Below, in pieces: positions 8,950 through 20,337 of a stretch of 64,000 nt of DNA. The DNA lies in assembly GCF_934755305.1 (NCBI RefSeq), contig NZ_CAKVLD010000007.1. The stretch is one strand, 5' to 3'. The stretch is from an uncultured Clostridium sp. Its GTDB lineage: Bacteria > Bacillota > Clostridia > Clostridiales > Clostridiaceae. The notes below the pieces were generated by a model, which was not told the origin of the DNA, did not search any database, and saw nothing but the letters and a program-made list of their open reading frames with translations. Each line of letters begins with the position of its first letter. Position 1 is the stretch's first letter. A program made the position numbers and the translations under genes.

Positions 8950-10035
8950 TTACATCCCCTTTTCTAATTTGTCCATTACTAATTGACCCATTTCCTTAGT
9001 ACCTACAAGCTTCATACCTTCGCTCATAATATCTCCAGTTCTATATCCATCTTCAAGTACTGATAAAACTGCATTTTCAATTGCCTTAGCTTCTTTTTCT
9101 AAATTAAAGCTATATCTAAGCATCATAGCTCCTGAAAGAATTGTAGCAAGTGGATTTGCTATACCTTTTCCTGCAATATCAGGTGCACTACCATGGATTG
9201 GTTCATACATACCAAAAGTTCCATCTCCAAGTGATGCTGATGGAAGCATTCCTATTGACCCTGTAACCATACTAGCTTCATCTGATAATATATCTCCAAA
9301 CATATTTGAAGTTACTATTGTATCAAATTGAGAAGGATCTTTAACTACTTGCATTGATGCATTATCAATATATAAATAATCTATATTAACTTCTGGATAA
9401 TCCTTTGACATTTCTGCTATAACACTTCTCCAAAGTCTTGAGCTTTCAAGTATATTAGCTTTATCAACTAAAGTTAAATGCTTCTTTCTCTTCATAGCAG
9501 TTTCAAAACCAATTTTTAAAATTCTTTCTATTTCTTTTACGCTATATCTTTCTGTATCATAAGCTGTTTGTACCCCATCAACAACTTCTTTTCCTCTTTC
9601 TCCAAAATAAATACCACCAGTTAATTCTCTAACTATAGCAATATCTATTCCTTTATCAACTAAACTATCCTTTAATGGTGATGCATTTTTAAGTGGTGCA
9701 TATAATACTGCTGGTCTTAAGTTACAGTAAAGATTTAATCCACCTCTTAAACCTAGTAATGCTTGCTCTGGTCTAACCTTTGCATTTGGATCATCCCACT
9801 TTGGTCCACCAACAGCACCTAAAAGTACCGCATCACTCTTTTTACAAGCTTCAAGTGTTGCCTCTGGAAGTGCAGTTCCTTCTTTATCTATTGCACATCC
9901 CCCTGCTAAAAGATAATTATATTCAAGTTCAAATCCAGACTTTTTACCTACTAAATTAAGTACCTTTACTGTTTCATCAACAACTTCTGGACCTATTCCG
10001 TCTCCAGCAACTACTGCTATATTATATTTTTTCAT
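8950..10035 (-). CDS. leuB: 3-isopropylmalate dehydrogenase
   Basis: [31 protein letters not shown] 10035 chosen from RBS. Confidence 0.95.
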   Translation of the reverse strand: MKKYNIAVVAGDGIGPEVVDETVKVLNLVGKKSGFELEYNYLLAGGCAIDKEGTALPEATLEACKKSDAVLLGAVGGPKWDDPNAKVRPEQALLGLRGGLNLYCNLRPAVLYAPLKNASPLKDSLVDKGIDIAIVRELTGGIYFGERGKEVVDGVQTAYDTERYSVKEIERILKIGFETAMKRKKHLTLVDKANILESSRLWRSVIAEMSKDYPEVNIDYLYIDNASMQVVKDPSQFDTIVTSNMFGDILSDEASMVTGSIGMLPSASLGDGTFGMYEPIHGSAPDIAGKGIANPLATILSGAMMLRYSFNLEKEAKAIENAVLSVLEDGYRTGDIMSEGMKLVGTKEMGQLVMDKLEKGM

Positions 10036-10076
10036 TTTTAAAACCCCCAATTTTTGCTTTGCTTATTTCTTTCTTA

Positions 10077-10562
10077 TTATTTATTGTTTATATATCCGAT
10101 TAATCCGTTATTATCAATAATCTTTTGCATAAATTCTGGGAAAGGTTCTCCCTTATATGATTCATTTTTAGTTAAATTCTTAATAACACCTGTAGCAAAA
10201 TCTACTTCTAATTCATCACCTGCATCAATTGCTTTAACAGCTTCATCACATTCTAAGATTGGTAAGCCTATATTAATAGCATTTCTATAAAAGATTCTTG
10301 CAAATGTTGATGCTATAACACAACTTACACCAGCTGTTTTAATAGCTAAAGGTGCATGTTCTCTTGAAGAACCACATCCAAAGTTCTTATTTGCAACAAT
10401 TATATCTCCATCTTGAACTTTCTTTACAAAGTCTAAATCTATATCTTCCATACAGTGACTAGCAAGTTCCTTTGGATCTGAAGTGTTTAAATATCTTGCT
10501 GGAATAATTACATCTGTATCTACATTATCTCCATATTTGAATACTCTACCTTTTACGCTCAT
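10077..10562 (-). CDS. leuD: 3-isopropylmalate dehydratase small subunit
   Basis: [25 protein letters not shown]. Confidence 0.95.
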   Translation of the reverse strand: MSVKGRVFKYGDNVDTDVIIPARYLNTSDPKELASHCMEDIDLDFVKKVQDGDIIVANKNFGCGSSREHAPLAIKTAGVSCVIASTFARIFYRNAINIGLPILECDEAVKAIDAGDELEVDFATGVIKNLTKNESYKGEPFPEFMQKIIDNNGLIGYINNK

Positions 10563-10575
10563 TAATCTTTACCTC

Positions 10576-11838
10576 CTACACTGTTTCTGGATCTGTTATT
10601 TTACCTGTTAATGCTGATGCTGCTGCTACTGCTGGACTTGCAAGGTAAACTTCTGATTCTACATGACCCATTCTTCCTACAAAGTTTCTATTTGTTGTTG
10701 ATACACATCTTTCACCTTTTGCTAATATACCCATATGTCCACCTAAACATGGTCCACAAGTTGGTGTAGATACTGCTGCTCCTGCTTCAATTAAATCTTT
10801 TATAATTCCTTCTTCTAAAGCTTGTAAATAAATCTTTTGAGTACCTGGAATTATTATTGTTCTTATTTCCTTATTAACTTTCTTTCCTTTAAGAATGTCT
10901 CTAGCAATTCTTAAGTCAGAAATTCTACCATTTGTACATGAACCAATTACTACTTGATCTATCTTTACATCTCCTACATTATCAATAGTCTTTGTGTTTT
11001 CTGGTAAATGTGGAAATGCAACAGTTGGTCTTAATGTACTTAAATCTATTTCATAAACTGCATCATATTCTGCATCTTCATCTGCCTCAAACTTCTTCCA
11101 TTCTCTTGTAGCATGTTCTTTTAAATATTCTTCTGTTTTTTCATCTACTGGGAAAATACCATTCTTTCCACCAGCTTCTATAGCCATGTTTGCCATTGTA
11201 AATCTATCATCCATAGAAAGATACTCAAGACCATCTCCTACAAATTCCATAGATTTATATAAAGCTCCATCAACGCCAATCATACCTATAATATGTAGGA
11301 TTATATCTTTACCGCTAACCCATTTTGCTGGTTTACCCTTTAATACAAATTTAAGTGCTGAAGGCACTTTAAACCAACATTGACCTGTAGCCATACCTGC
11401 TGCCATATCAGTAGATCCAATACCTGTTGAGAAAGCTCCAAGAGCACCATAAGTACAAGTATGAGAATCAGCACCTATTACAACATCTCCTGCAACTGCT
11501 AATCCCTTTTCAGGAACTAAGCAATGTTCTATTCCCATTTCTCCTACTTCAAAGAAGTTAACTATTTCCTTTGCCTTAGCAAATTCTCTAATATACTTTA
11601 CTTGTTCAGCTGCCTTTATATCCTTATTAGGTGTAAAGTGGTCTGGAACTATAGCTATTTTAGATTTATTAAAAACTTCTTTATCTGCTCCAAACTTCTT
11701 ATACTCAGTTACTGCAACTGGTGTTGTAATATCATTTCCTAATACTAAATCAAGTTTAGCTTCAATTAGCTGCCCAGCCTTTACACTTTCTAGCCCTGCA
11801 TGTGCTGCTAGTATTTTTTGCGTCATTGTCATACCCAT
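10576..11838 (-). CDS. leuC: 3-isopropylmalate dehydratase large subunit
   Basis: [29 protein letters not shown]. Confidence 0.95.
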   Translation of the reverse strand: MGMTMTQKILAAHAGLESVKAGQLIEAKLDLVLGNDITTPVAVTEYKKFGADKEVFNKSKIAIVPDHFTPNKDIKAAEQVKYIREFAKAKEIVNFFEVGEMGIEHCLVPEKGLAVAGDVVIGADSHTCTYGALGAFSTGIGSTDMAAGMATGQCWFKVPSALKFVLKGKPAKWVSGKDIILHIIGMIGVDGALYKSMEFVGDGLEYLSMDDRFTMANMAIEAGGKNGIFPVDEKTEEYLKEHATREWKKFEADEDAEYDAVYEIDLSTLRPTVAFPHLPENTKTIDNVGDVKIDQVVIGSCTNGRISDLRIARDILKGKKVNKEIRTIIIPGTQKIYLQALEEGIIKDLIEAGAAVSTPTCGPCLGGHMGILAKGERCVSTTNRNFVGRMGHVESEVYLASPAVAAASALTGKITDPETV

Positions 11839-11853
11839 GTTTAATTCATCTCC

Positions 11854-13449
11854 CTAAAAATATGTTTTTACTTTTTTTTCAATATCTTTTATTAGTTTAT
11901 ATTCTATTGAATCTACTAAAGCTATCCAGCTAGCCTCTATAATATCTCTTGAAACCCCAACTGTACTCCAGCTTTCAACTCCATCTGTAGATTCTATTAA
12001 AACTCTAACTTTTGCCTCTGTAGCACATTCTGAATCTAAAACTCTAACCTTATAATCTACAAGTCTTACATCTCTTAATTGAGGATAAAAAACCTCTAGT
12101 GCTTTTCTTAATGCTTTATCTAAAGCATTAACTGGCCCTTCACCTTCAGCTGCATTTATTTCTTCTTTTCCATCTACTGTAACATTTATCATTACTGATG
12201 ATTTAAATTCTTCTGAATTTGGAGGTTGTTCTGAAAAAACTTTAAAATTATTAAGGGTGAAAAATGGTTTATATTTACCTAAAACTTTTCTCATTAATAA
12301 CTCAACAGTTCCTTCTGCACCTTCAAATTGATATCCTTCATACTCTAATTCTTTTAACTTATCAGTTATTAATTGAATTTCTTTATTATCTTTTGAGATA
12401 TTTGGGAATATCTTTTGAATCTCTGATAAAATAGTACTCTTACCACTTACTTCAGAAACTAAAAATCTTCTGCTATTACCTACAACCTCAGGTACTATAT
12501 GTTCATAGGATTTTGGCTCTTTACAAATTGCATCAATATGCATTCCACCTTTATGTGCAAAAGCTGAAGCTCCTACATAAGGCATTTCATCTTTTAAAGT
12601 TATATTGGATATTTCCGCTATATATCTAGCAACACTTGTTAATTTTGAAAGGTTCTCTTCATTGATTACTGTAAATCCAAGTTTTAATATTAAGCTTGGA
12701 ATTATAGAACTAAGATTTGCATTACCACATCTCTCCCCAATACCTATAAAGGTACCTTGAATGTGATTTGCCCCAACTTGTGCTGCCACGACTGAGTTAG
12801 CTACTGCCATACCCATGTCATCGTGACAATGTATTCCTATATTGCCCCCTATTTTTTCTTTAACACACCCAACAATTTCTTGAATTTCATTTGGTAATGT
12901 CCCACCATTTGTATCACATAATACTACGGTGCTTGCCCCTGCTTTTTTTGCTGTTTCTAAAGTTTTAATTGCATACAGAGCATTATTTTTATAGCCATCA
13001 AAAAAATGTTCTGCATCAAAGATTACTTCTTTGCCTTTACTAACTAAATACTCTACCGTGTCATATATCATCTTTAAATTTTCATCTAAAGAAGTCTTTA
13101 TAATATCTAAAACTTGAAAGTCCCAAGACTTACCGAATATAACCACAACATCTGTATCAGCTACTAATAAGTTTTTTATATTTTTATCATCCTTTGCTTC
13201 TATATTAGACCGTCTAGTTGATCCAAAAGCTGCAATTTTGGATGTATTTAGCTTTACATCTTTTATTCTCTGAAAAAACTCCATGTCCTTTGGATTAGAA
13301 CCTGGGTTTCCTGCTTCTATATATGTGACCCCAATATCATCTAATATTTTGACTATCTTTATCTTATCTTCAACTGAAAAAGATATCCCTTGCCCTTGTG
13401 CCCCATCTCGTAAGGTCGAGTCAAAAATATTTATATTTCTATCGGTCAT
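11854..13449 (-). CDS. cimA: Citramalate synthase (DRE-TIM LeuA/CimA family)
   Basis: DSTLRDGAQG (no Glu after DG), FGKSWDF, DAEHFFDGYK, AFAHKGGMH, typical of the CimA subfamily. Confidence 0.8.
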   Translation of the reverse strand: MTDRNINIFDSTLRDGAQGQGISFSVEDKIKIVKILDDIGVTYIEAGNPGSNPKDMEFFQRIKDVKLNTSKIAAFGSTRRSNIEAKDDKNIKNLLVADTDVVVIFGKSWDFQVLDIIKTSLDENLKMIYDTVEYLVSKGKEVIFDAEHFFDGYKNNALYAIKTLETAKKAGASTVVLCDTNGGTLPNEIQEIVGCVKEKIGGNIGIHCHDDMGMAVANSVVAAQVGANHIQGTFIGIGERCGNANLSSIIPSLILKLGFTVINEENLSKLTSVARYIAEISNITLKDEMPYVGASAFAHKGGMHIDAICKEPKSYEHIVPEVVGNSRRFLVSEVSGKSTILSEIQKIFPNISKDNKEIQLITDKLKELEYEGYQFEGAEGTVELLMRKVLGKYKPFFTLNNFKVFSEQPPNSEEFKSSVMINVTVDGKEEINAAEGEGPVNALDKALRKALEVFYPQLRDVRLVDYKVRVLDSECATEAKVRVLIESTDGVESWSTVGVSRDIIEASWIALVDSIEYKLIKDIEKKVKTYF

Positions 13450-13471
13450 CTAAAGCCCCCCTTATTGCTAA

Positions 13472-13993
13472 TTATATTTCTTCAGCATAATCATCATAAT
13501 CTACTATAAGGTTTTCTCCTCTTTCAAGAGCTGCAACCCCAGTACGTACCATTTCTTTAATTCCATATTCATCCATAAGCTTAATTAAAGCATTTATCTT
13601 GCTTTCATCTCCTGTAAGCTCAATAGTTAATGTATCTGTAGAAACATCGATTATTTTGCATCTAAATATTTTTACAATTTCGTTAATATCAGCTCTTTTT
13701 TCTGCATGAGCCTTAACTTTAATAAGTACTAATTCTCTAAAGACGGATTTATCTTCTTTTAGGTTAATAACCTTTATAATATCTTCTAGCTTATTAAGTT
13801 GTTTTTTTACTTGCTCTAGACAATCATCATCTCCCATTAAAGTAATTGTCATTCTTGATATTTTTTCATCATCTGTTCTACCAACAGTTAAACTATCAAT
13901 GTTATATCCTCTTCTTGAAAATAAACCAGATACTCTGCTTAATACTCCTGCTGAGTTTTTTACAAGAACTGATAGAACATGTTTTTGTTCCAT
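13472..13993 (-). CDS. ilvN: Acetolactate synthase small regulatory subunit
   Basis: ACT domain LSVLVKNSAGVLSRVSGLFSRRGYNIDSL. Confidence 0.93.
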   Translation of the reverse strand: MEQKHVLSVLVKNSAGVLSRVSGLFSRRGYNIDSLTVGRTDDEKISRMTITLMGDDDCLEQVKKQLNKLEDIIKVINLKEDKSVFRELVLIKVKAHAEKRADINEIVKIFRCKIIDVSTDTLTIELTGDESKINALIKLMDEYGIKEMVRTGVAALERGENLIVDYDDYAEEI

Positions 13994-14057
13994 ATCTCTC
14001 CCCCCTTTAATTAACGAATTTATAAAATTTTAAATTTTGCAAATATTATTAAAGTAT

Positions 14058-14305
14058 AAAAAAAACCACCTTAAAATGACATACATCATAAAAAGTGGAT
14101 AATACTCCGCCCAATATAACATAATCGGTTCTAACAAACCCTTACATATAACGGATGCTCACCGGAAGTCGCCTACTAACTTAAACTAAGCTTTCTGGAC
14201 TCTGCTCAGGAGTGATACCTATTTGACCTAAAGTATCAGTTCACACCAACCACTGACTCTCTTAAACTTTTTTCTTGCCAAATAACCTTCTCCATCTCTG
14301 CATTT
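14058..14305 (-). promoter_or_regulatory. T-box riboswitch leader (probable Ile AUC specifier) with terminator
   Basis: Stem I with AGAGA and GGTGTGAA boxes, specifier loop GGT-ATC-A (14214-14216), AGTAG box, CCGTTA box, terminator CCAC..GTGG+T8 (14058-14098); antiterminator non-canonical. Confidence 0.7.
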
Positions 14306-14343
14306 AATGAATACTAGGAATTATTTACTTTTGCTTTAGTAAA

Positions 14344-14372
14344 ATTGTACTTTACTGAATGTATAAAGTCAA
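14344..14372 (-). promoter_or_regulatory. SigA promoter of the ilv/leu operon
   Basis: TTGACT-17 bp-TACAAT just upstream of the T-box. Confidence 0.7.
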
Positions 14373-14638
14373 CATTTAAAGATTATTTTTACAATTTTGA
14401 TATTTTATCACTTTCATTATATATCTTTTAAATTGCTATTATCAAAAATTCAACCCATTTTTTAATAATTTAATAAAAAACAACAACTTTAAGTGATACT
14501 TTTTCTCAATACTCATCTACTTTTTATTATTATATTACGAAAATAAGCTATTAATTATTTATATAATTAATAGCTTATGCCTCTAAACTTAAAATATGAA
14601 AGTTTTTTATCTTCTCTCTCTAAATATAAGTTGACTTT

Positions 14639-15364
14639 TTATTCTTTAACATTTGTCCATATTTTATATTTTACATTAGGATTAACTCCATTAAGCTTAA
14701 ATAAATCGCTAATAGTTACAAATTCATAACCTCTTATCTTAAGTAATCTTATTATACTAGGTAATGCTTTTACTGTATTATCATTTCCTTCAAAGTCATG
14801 TAATAATATAATATCCCCATCCTTAACATTACTAACAATAGTCTTAATACGTTTTGTTACAGATACAGAAGAATCCCAATCATCACATCCAACCCCACAA
14901 ATGAAAGGTAAATCAATATTATTATACATTGTATCACTTACAGCAATATATGGTGGTCTAAAAAATTTAGCCTCGTATCCAACTGCATCTTTAATAGCTT
15001 TAGATGTATCATTAATTTCTTTTTTAAGTTCCTCAGCAGTCATTTTGTCCATATAACTGTGACTCCATGAATGGCTGGCAAGTTCACATCCTAAATTAAC
15101 AGCTCTTTGCATAATAGGCTGTGTATTGCTGTTTATTTGACTACCTATTAAGAAAAATGAAGCTTTAACATTGTACTTTTCCAAAATATCCAAAACTTTT
15201 GGTGTAGTTATTGAAGGCCCATCATCAAATGTAAGAGCAACTCTTTTTTTTGATGTATTTGATAACACTCCACTTGCAGATACTTGTATCCCTCCCCCCA
15301 TATTAAAGAAAGTACAAGTAATAATAAAAGCAACTAATATAGTCAAAAACTTTTTAATTTTCAT
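14639..15364 (-). CDS. Secreted polysaccharide deacetylase (CE4/NodB)
   Basis: Signal peptide; ALTFDDGP, HSWSH, FFRPPY, IILLHD. Confidence 0.9.
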   Translation of the reverse strand: MKIKKFLTILVAFIITCTFFNMGGGIQVSASGVLSNTSKKRVALTFDDGPSITTPKVLDILEKYNVKASFFLIGSQINSNTQPIMQRAVNLGCELASHSWSHSYMDKMTAEELKKEINDTSKAIKDAVGYEAKFFRPPYIAVSDTMYNNIDLPFICGVGCDDWDSSVSVTKRIKTIVSNVKDGDIILLHDFEGNDNTVKALPSIIRLLKIRGYEFVTISDLFKLNGVNPNVKYKIWTNVKE

Positions 15365-15559
15365 AACAACCTCCTTGTTTTAACATTATGTTGTAACAAT
15401 GTAACTTTATTGAAATATTTCTTTACTTTAAAATATAATTATGAGACTGTCATGTCAACCATTTTTGAAATATATAGATTAAATTTGTATTTTTTCACAA
15501 AAAAATCTCGAAGTATTTACTTGCTTTTATTTGTAAAATACTTCAAGATTTCTTTTATA

Positions 15560-16906
15560 TTACTTACATTTTGCAACTATCATATCTGCAAGATTATGAG
15601 CCATCTTATCTATTTCTTCTTGATTTTCACCTTCAAGCATTACTCTAACTAATGGTTCAGTTCCAGAAGGTCTTATTAAAACTCTTCCTTTTCCATGTAA
15701 GCTTTCTTCTATTCTCTTAATTTCATTTTTTATTTCTTCATCTTCTAAATATATATTTTTCATTTCATTAGGAACTTTAGCATTAGCTAAAACTTGTGGA
15801 AGCTCCTTCATAATAGAACATAATTCACTTAATGATTTATTTTCTTTCTTAACTATAGATGCAATTTGAAGAGCTGTAACTAATCCATCTCCTGTAGTGT
15901 TATGATTTAAGAATATAATATGTCCTGATTGTTCCCCACCAAGTACATAGTTACCTTTAATCATTTCTTCTAGTACATATCTATCTCCAACCTTAGTTGT
16001 TATAGTCTTCATCCCTTGTTCTTTACAAGCTATTTGAAGTCCTAAATTACTCATTACAGTTACAACTATTGTATCATCTTTTAATTTATTTGTTTCCTTT
16101 AAGTGCTTTCCACAAAGTGTTAAGATAAAGTCTCCATCAACTAACTTACCATTTTCATCAACTGCTAAACATCTATCAGCATCTCCATCAAAAGCAAATC
16201 CTACATTACATCCATTTTCAACTACATATTTCATTAATTCTTCTGGATGAGTTGATCCACATTTTTCATTTATGTTAGTTCCATCTGGTGTGTTATTAAT
16301 TACACATACTTCAGCTCCTAAATCTTTAAAAGCTTTAACAGATGATTTATATGATGCTCCATTAGCGCAATCTAAAGCTATCTTTAATCCAGATAAATCT
16401 ACTGATACAGTACTCTTAGCAAATTTTATGTAATCTTCTAAAGCGTCCTTTTCTATAAACTCTCTACCTAAGTTAACTCCTACTGGACTTGGAACACCAG
16501 CAAAGTTATTTTCTATAGTACTTTGAATTTGATCTTCCAATTCATCTGATAACTTATATCCTCTAGCATCAAAGAACTTAATTCCATTATATTCAACAGG
16601 ATTATGAGATGCAGATATCATTACACCAGCATCTGCTCCATATTCTCTTGTTAAATGTGCAACTGCTGGAGTTGGTACTACTCCTAATACAACAGCTTCT
16701 GCCCCTACTGATAATATTCCAGCTACTAATGCAGCTTCTAACATATCACCTGAAATTCTAGTATCTTTCCCAACTAATATTTTTGGTTTATGTGTCCCTT
16801 CAGTTAAAACAAAAGCTCCAGCTCTACCAAGACTATAAGCAAGCTCTGCTGTTAATTCAGTATTAGCAATTCCTCTAACTCCATCAGTTCCAAACATTCT
16901 ACTCAT
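15560..16906 (-). CDS. glmM: Phosphoglucosamine mutase
   Basis: [28 protein letters not shown]. Confidence 0.96.
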   Translation of the reverse strand: MSRMFGTDGVRGIANTELTAELAYSLGRAGAFVLTEGTHKPKILVGKDTRISGDMLEAALVAGILSVGAEAVVLGVVPTPAVAHLTREYGADAGVMISASHNPVEYNGIKFFDARGYKLSDELEDQIQSTIENNFAGVPSPVGVNLGREFIEKDALEDYIKFAKSTVSVDLSGLKIALDCANGASYKSSVKAFKDLGAEVCVINNTPDGTNINEKCGSTHPEELMKYVVENGCNVGFAFDGDADRCLAVDENGKLVDGDFILTLCGKHLKETNKLKDDTIVVTVMSNLGLQIACKEQGMKTITTKVGDRYVLEEMIKGNYVLGGEQSGHIIFLNHNTTGDGLVTALQIASIVKKENKSLSELCSIMKELPQVLANAKVPNEMKNIYLEDEEIKNEIKRIEESLHGKGRVLIRPSGTEPLVRVMLEGENQEEIDKMAHNLADMIVAKCK

Positions 16907-16988
16907 ATATATACCTCACTAAATTACTTAAATAATATTCTATTTTTTCTATACATTAGTATAATATTTAATTTTAATTATATCAACT

Positions 16989-17288
16989 TTAGATTTCCTT
17001 AAGTCTATCTAAAACTACATTATAACCATTACTTCCATAATTAACACATCTATTTACTCTGCTTATAGTAGCAGTACTAGCACCTGTAGTACTTGCAATT
17101 TCAGCATATGTTTTCTTTTCACTTAAAAGTTTTGCTACATGTATTCTTTGAGCTAATGCCTTTATTTCATTTATAGTAGCCACATCTTCAAAAAATCTAT
17201 AACATTCTTCTAAATTTTCTAGCTTTAAGATTGCTTTAAATAATAAATCCATTTCTTCACTCTTTAGTTTCGATTCATAAGTATTCAC
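16989..17288 (-). CDS. YerC/YecD TrpR-like DNA-binding protein
   Basis: ECYRFFED..TINE, TGASTATISRVNRC..YG. Confidence 0.85.
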   Translation of the reverse strand: MNTYESKLKSEEMDLLFKAILKLENLEECYRFFEDVATINEIKALAQRIHVAKLLSEKKTYAEIASTTGASTATISRVNRCVNYGSNGYNVVLDRLKEI

Positions 17289-17406
17289 GTCATCACTCCC
17301 AAATCATTTATTCCACATATAATTATACTTAAAGCTTTACTAGCTCACAACTTTATTATACTAAATTAGTTAATTAAAACTTTTTTCTTAATAAATACCA
17401 TGCTCA

Positions 17407-18237
17407 TTATACTTCCGTATTTCTTTCACCATCAGGATTAGTCATTCTAGTTAATCCTTCATTAGCTAAATCAGTATAAATATTTTGAGTTGGTAAAAGC
17501 CATACTTCTCCTACCCCTGAGTAAACATTTAATAAACCTTCTCCGTTAGTAACAGACCCCATGATTGATGAAGATTTTTCCACAGTAAACTTTACATTAC
17601 TTGTCCTAAGTACAACAAAATTCCCATCTACCTTTAAGGTATCATTAAACAACTTACACTTAAAAATTTCTGATTCTGGTACAGGTAATTCTAAGACTAC
17701 TATTCCACTACCTTTAATACTTGTTTGACATATTCCTTCATTTCCAAAAAACACAGATGATACTGTCTTTTGCATAGCAGCTCCTACTTCTACTGAGTCT
17801 TCACAAGCATAAAAAATCCCATCATCTACTATAATCTCTTCATCTTCTAATTCTACTAGAGCATAATGACCAAAGGATGGCTCTAAAAAGATTTCTCCTG
17901 AACCTTCATAAGTAGGCTTAAACATAGTTTCTCCTGTTAGCTTACTATTAATAAACTTTTTCCCAAGGCCTAAAACTCCACCAGTTTTACTTTGTATTTC
18001 TATATCACCTTTCATATAACTTAAAGCACCTGATTCAAGAGTTACTGCACTATCCTCTAAAATAATTCTAACTTGTCTAAGTCTTATACCAGCCTCATTC
18101 ATAATATTAAGACCTAAAGCTGTTTTTATATCAGTAGCACCTTGTAATTTTTCATATTCTAAAACTTGAAATTTTGAATCATTGGACATTTCTGATATTA
18201 AATTTAATTTATTATCTGGATTTATATTACTTCTCAT
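17407..18237 (-). CDS. AIM24 family protein
   Basis: ESGALSYMKG, TGETMFKPTYEGSGEIFLEP, GEGLLNVYSGVGEVW. Confidence 0.75.
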   Translation of the reverse strand: MRSNINPDNKLNLISEMSNDSKFQVLEYEKLQGATDIKTALGLNIMNEAGIRLRQVRIILEDSAVTLESGALSYMKGDIEIQSKTGGVLGLGKKFINSKLTGETMFKPTYEGSGEIFLEPSFGHYALVELEDEEIIVDDGIFYACEDSVEVGAAMQKTVSSVFFGNEGICQTSIKGSGIVVLELPVPESEIFKCKLFNDTLKVDGNFVVLRTSNVKFTVEKSSSIMGSVTNGEGLLNVYSGVGEVWLLPTQNIYTDLANEGLTRMTNPDGERNTEV

Positions 18238-18318
18238 AGTATCACACCCCTTAATTTTTAATACTATTTTATCATAATGGTAATAATAACAATAAATCTA
18301 TAAAAAGAAGGTGTTATT

Positions 18319-18858
18319 ATGTGCTCAAAGAAGACTTTATTTATATTTTTAATACTTTTCACTTGTTCAATATTATTAACAAGAATATTTATATCTAATC
18401 AAACAAAAAATCAAATTGTTCTTTCATCACCAAGAGAGAATTTTTCTCCAACAGATACCTTTAAAACAGGTTTTATAAAATATTTTAGAGAAAAAGAAGG
18501 TACCACCATAGTATTTATGGACAATATAGAATTTTATATGAATGAAGATGCAAAAAGAGAATATCTTAAAGACAACAAAGAAATTTCACAAATAGAATGG
18601 GGAAATGATTATTATTACAGAAACATAGAAAAAAATATAATTCCCTATGAACTATCAAAAGACGTTAAAATTTATATATGTAACTTTGCCATTAATCCAT
18701 CCACAAGTTCTGTAGAATTAGTTCCTATTTCTGTGGATACTTTAAAAGAGTATGTTAATAACTCCAAAAAAGAAAAATTAGATGAGAGAGCTTTTCTATT
18801 TAATTTCCAGTTAAAAAACAATAAAATAATAAAACTAGAAATGCAATATACCCCTTAA
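18319..18858 (+). CDS. Hypothetical membrane-anchored or exported protein
   Basis: 179-aa ORF with AAGGTG RBS and N-terminal hydrophobic segment. Confidence 0.7.
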   Translation: MCSKKTLFIFLILFTCSILLTRIFISNQTKNQIVLSSPRENFSPTDTFKTGFIKYFREKEGTTIVFMDNIEFYMNEDAKREYLKDNKEISQIEWGNDYYYRNIEKNIIPYELSKDVKIYICNFAINPSTSSVELVPISVDTLKEYVNNSKKEKLDERAFLFNFQLKNNKIIKLEMQYTP

Positions 18859-18984
18859 TCTAGTATTTAAGCCATTTTGCATAAAAACATTTGCATCAAA
18901 AAAACATATACATCAAAAGCATATATACATATTATATTTTTTTGATGTATATATGCTCATAAAATACATAGATAAGTTTATCTA

Positions 18985-19242
18985 TTATTAGTTTAGGGTT
19001 ATGTACACAAAAAAAGATTGTTGTATTTGGCGGAGAAGGGCATTTTGACAAAGCTTTAGAACTTCATCTTTGAAATAATTAATAGGACGTCCTAGAAATC
19101 TGATTGTTTGAACTTATGTGAGTTTTCAGATTTCCATCCTATTAATTATTTTGAAGATAGAAGTTCTTGCTGAAGTCAAACTAGCCCATTCGGAGCCAAA
19201 TACAACAATCTTTTTTAATTACCATAACACCTAAACTAATAA
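18985..19242. repeat. ~250-bp imperfect palindrome (MITE-like element)
   Basis: Nested inverted repeats: 22 bp perfect 19010-19031/19195-19216, 15 bp 19073-19087/19137-19151, 9 bp 19095-19103/19126-19134, termini TTATTAGTTTAGG/CCTAAACTAATAA. Confidence 0.8.
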
Positions 19243-20303
19243 ACCTTAGCTTCTTCTTCACCATCTAGTACTCTTATAGCACCTTGTGCTAGAGCAAGTA
19301 ATTCATCTTCTCCAGGATAAACAGTAACAGGGGCTATCCACTCTACATTTCCCTTTAAATCTGGAACTAATGTAGGAGAATATGCAATACCTCCAGTTAA
19401 TATTATCTGATCAACTTTTCCATTTAAAACAGCTGACATTTCACCGATAGATTTTGTAATTTGATATAAGAACGCTTTATAAATTGCTTCACATTCCTTA
19501 TCTCCTGCTTCCATCTTATCGATAGTACCCTTAACATCGTTAGTATTTAAATAACCAACAAAACCGCCTTTACCAACAACTTTACTATAAACTTCATTTT
19601 CAGTATACTTACCACTAAAGCACATTTTTATTAAATCACCAGCAGGTACTGCTCCTGATCTTTCTGGTGAGAAAGGTCCATCTCCATCTAAAGTATTATT
19701 TACATCTATAACTCTTCCAGCTCTATGAGCTCCAACAGAAACTCCTCCACCCATATGAACTACTACAAGATTTAATTCATTATATGATTTTCCAATTTCT
19801 TTAGCATATCTCTTAGCTACTGCCTTTTGATTCAAAGCATGGAATATACTTCTTCTCTTTAATTCTGGCATTCCTGAAATTCTTGCTACATCTTGTAATT
19901 CATCAGTAACCACTGGATCTACTATAAATGATGGTAATCCTAATTCATCAGCTATTGATCTAGCTAAAACTCCTCCAAGATTTGATGCATGAGGTCCATA
20001 TTTACCTGATTTTAAATCTTCTATCATTGCATCATTTACCTTGTAAGTTCCGCCTTCTACTGGTTTTAATAAACCACCTCTACCTACTACAGCATCTAAA
20101 GTTTTTAAATCAAAATTTTTATCCTTAAGTACTTTTAATATAACTTCTTTTCTGAATGTAAATTGATCATATATTGTTGTATATCTCTTAATTTCTTCAT
20201 TTGTATGTCTTAATGTTTCTTCAAATAATTCTTTTTCACCTTTGTATACACCTATTTTGGTTGAAGTTGAACCTGGATTAATTATTAATAACATATATGA
20301 CAT
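19236..20303 (-). CDS. buk: Butyrate kinase
   Basis: [36 protein letters not shown]. Confidence 0.96.
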   Translation of the reverse strand: MSYMLLIINPGSTSTKIGVYKGEKELFEETLRHTNEEIKRYTTIYDQFTFRKEVILKVLKDKNFDLKTLDAVVGRGGLLKPVEGGTYKVNDAMIEDLKSGKYGPHASNLGGVLARSIADELGLPSFIVDPVVTDELQDVARISGMPELKRRSIFHALNQKAVAKRYAKEIGKSYNELNLVVVHMGGGVSVGAHRAGRVIDVNNTLDGDGPFSPERSGAVPAGDLIKMCFSGKYTENEVYSKVVGKGGFVGYLNTNDVKGTIDKMEAGDKECEAIYKAFLYQITKSIGEMSAVLNGKVDQIILTGGIAYSPTLVPDLKGNVEWIAPVTVYPGEDELLALAQGAIRVLDGEEEAKVY

Positions 20304-20337
20304 ATTTAAAGTTCCCCCTATTTACTTTTATTTATCT

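Noticed and set aside
5570..13993. Branched-chain amino acid operon lacking ilvC and canonical leuA
   Set aside because: The ilvN-cimA-leuCDB-ilvD-ilvB order is known from other clostridia; the missing genes can lie elsewhere.
18894..18958. Repeated CATCAAAA and ATATATACAT motifs as a possible mini-array
   Set aside because: Only two low-complexity copies forming a terminator-like hairpin; no repeat-spacer periodicity.
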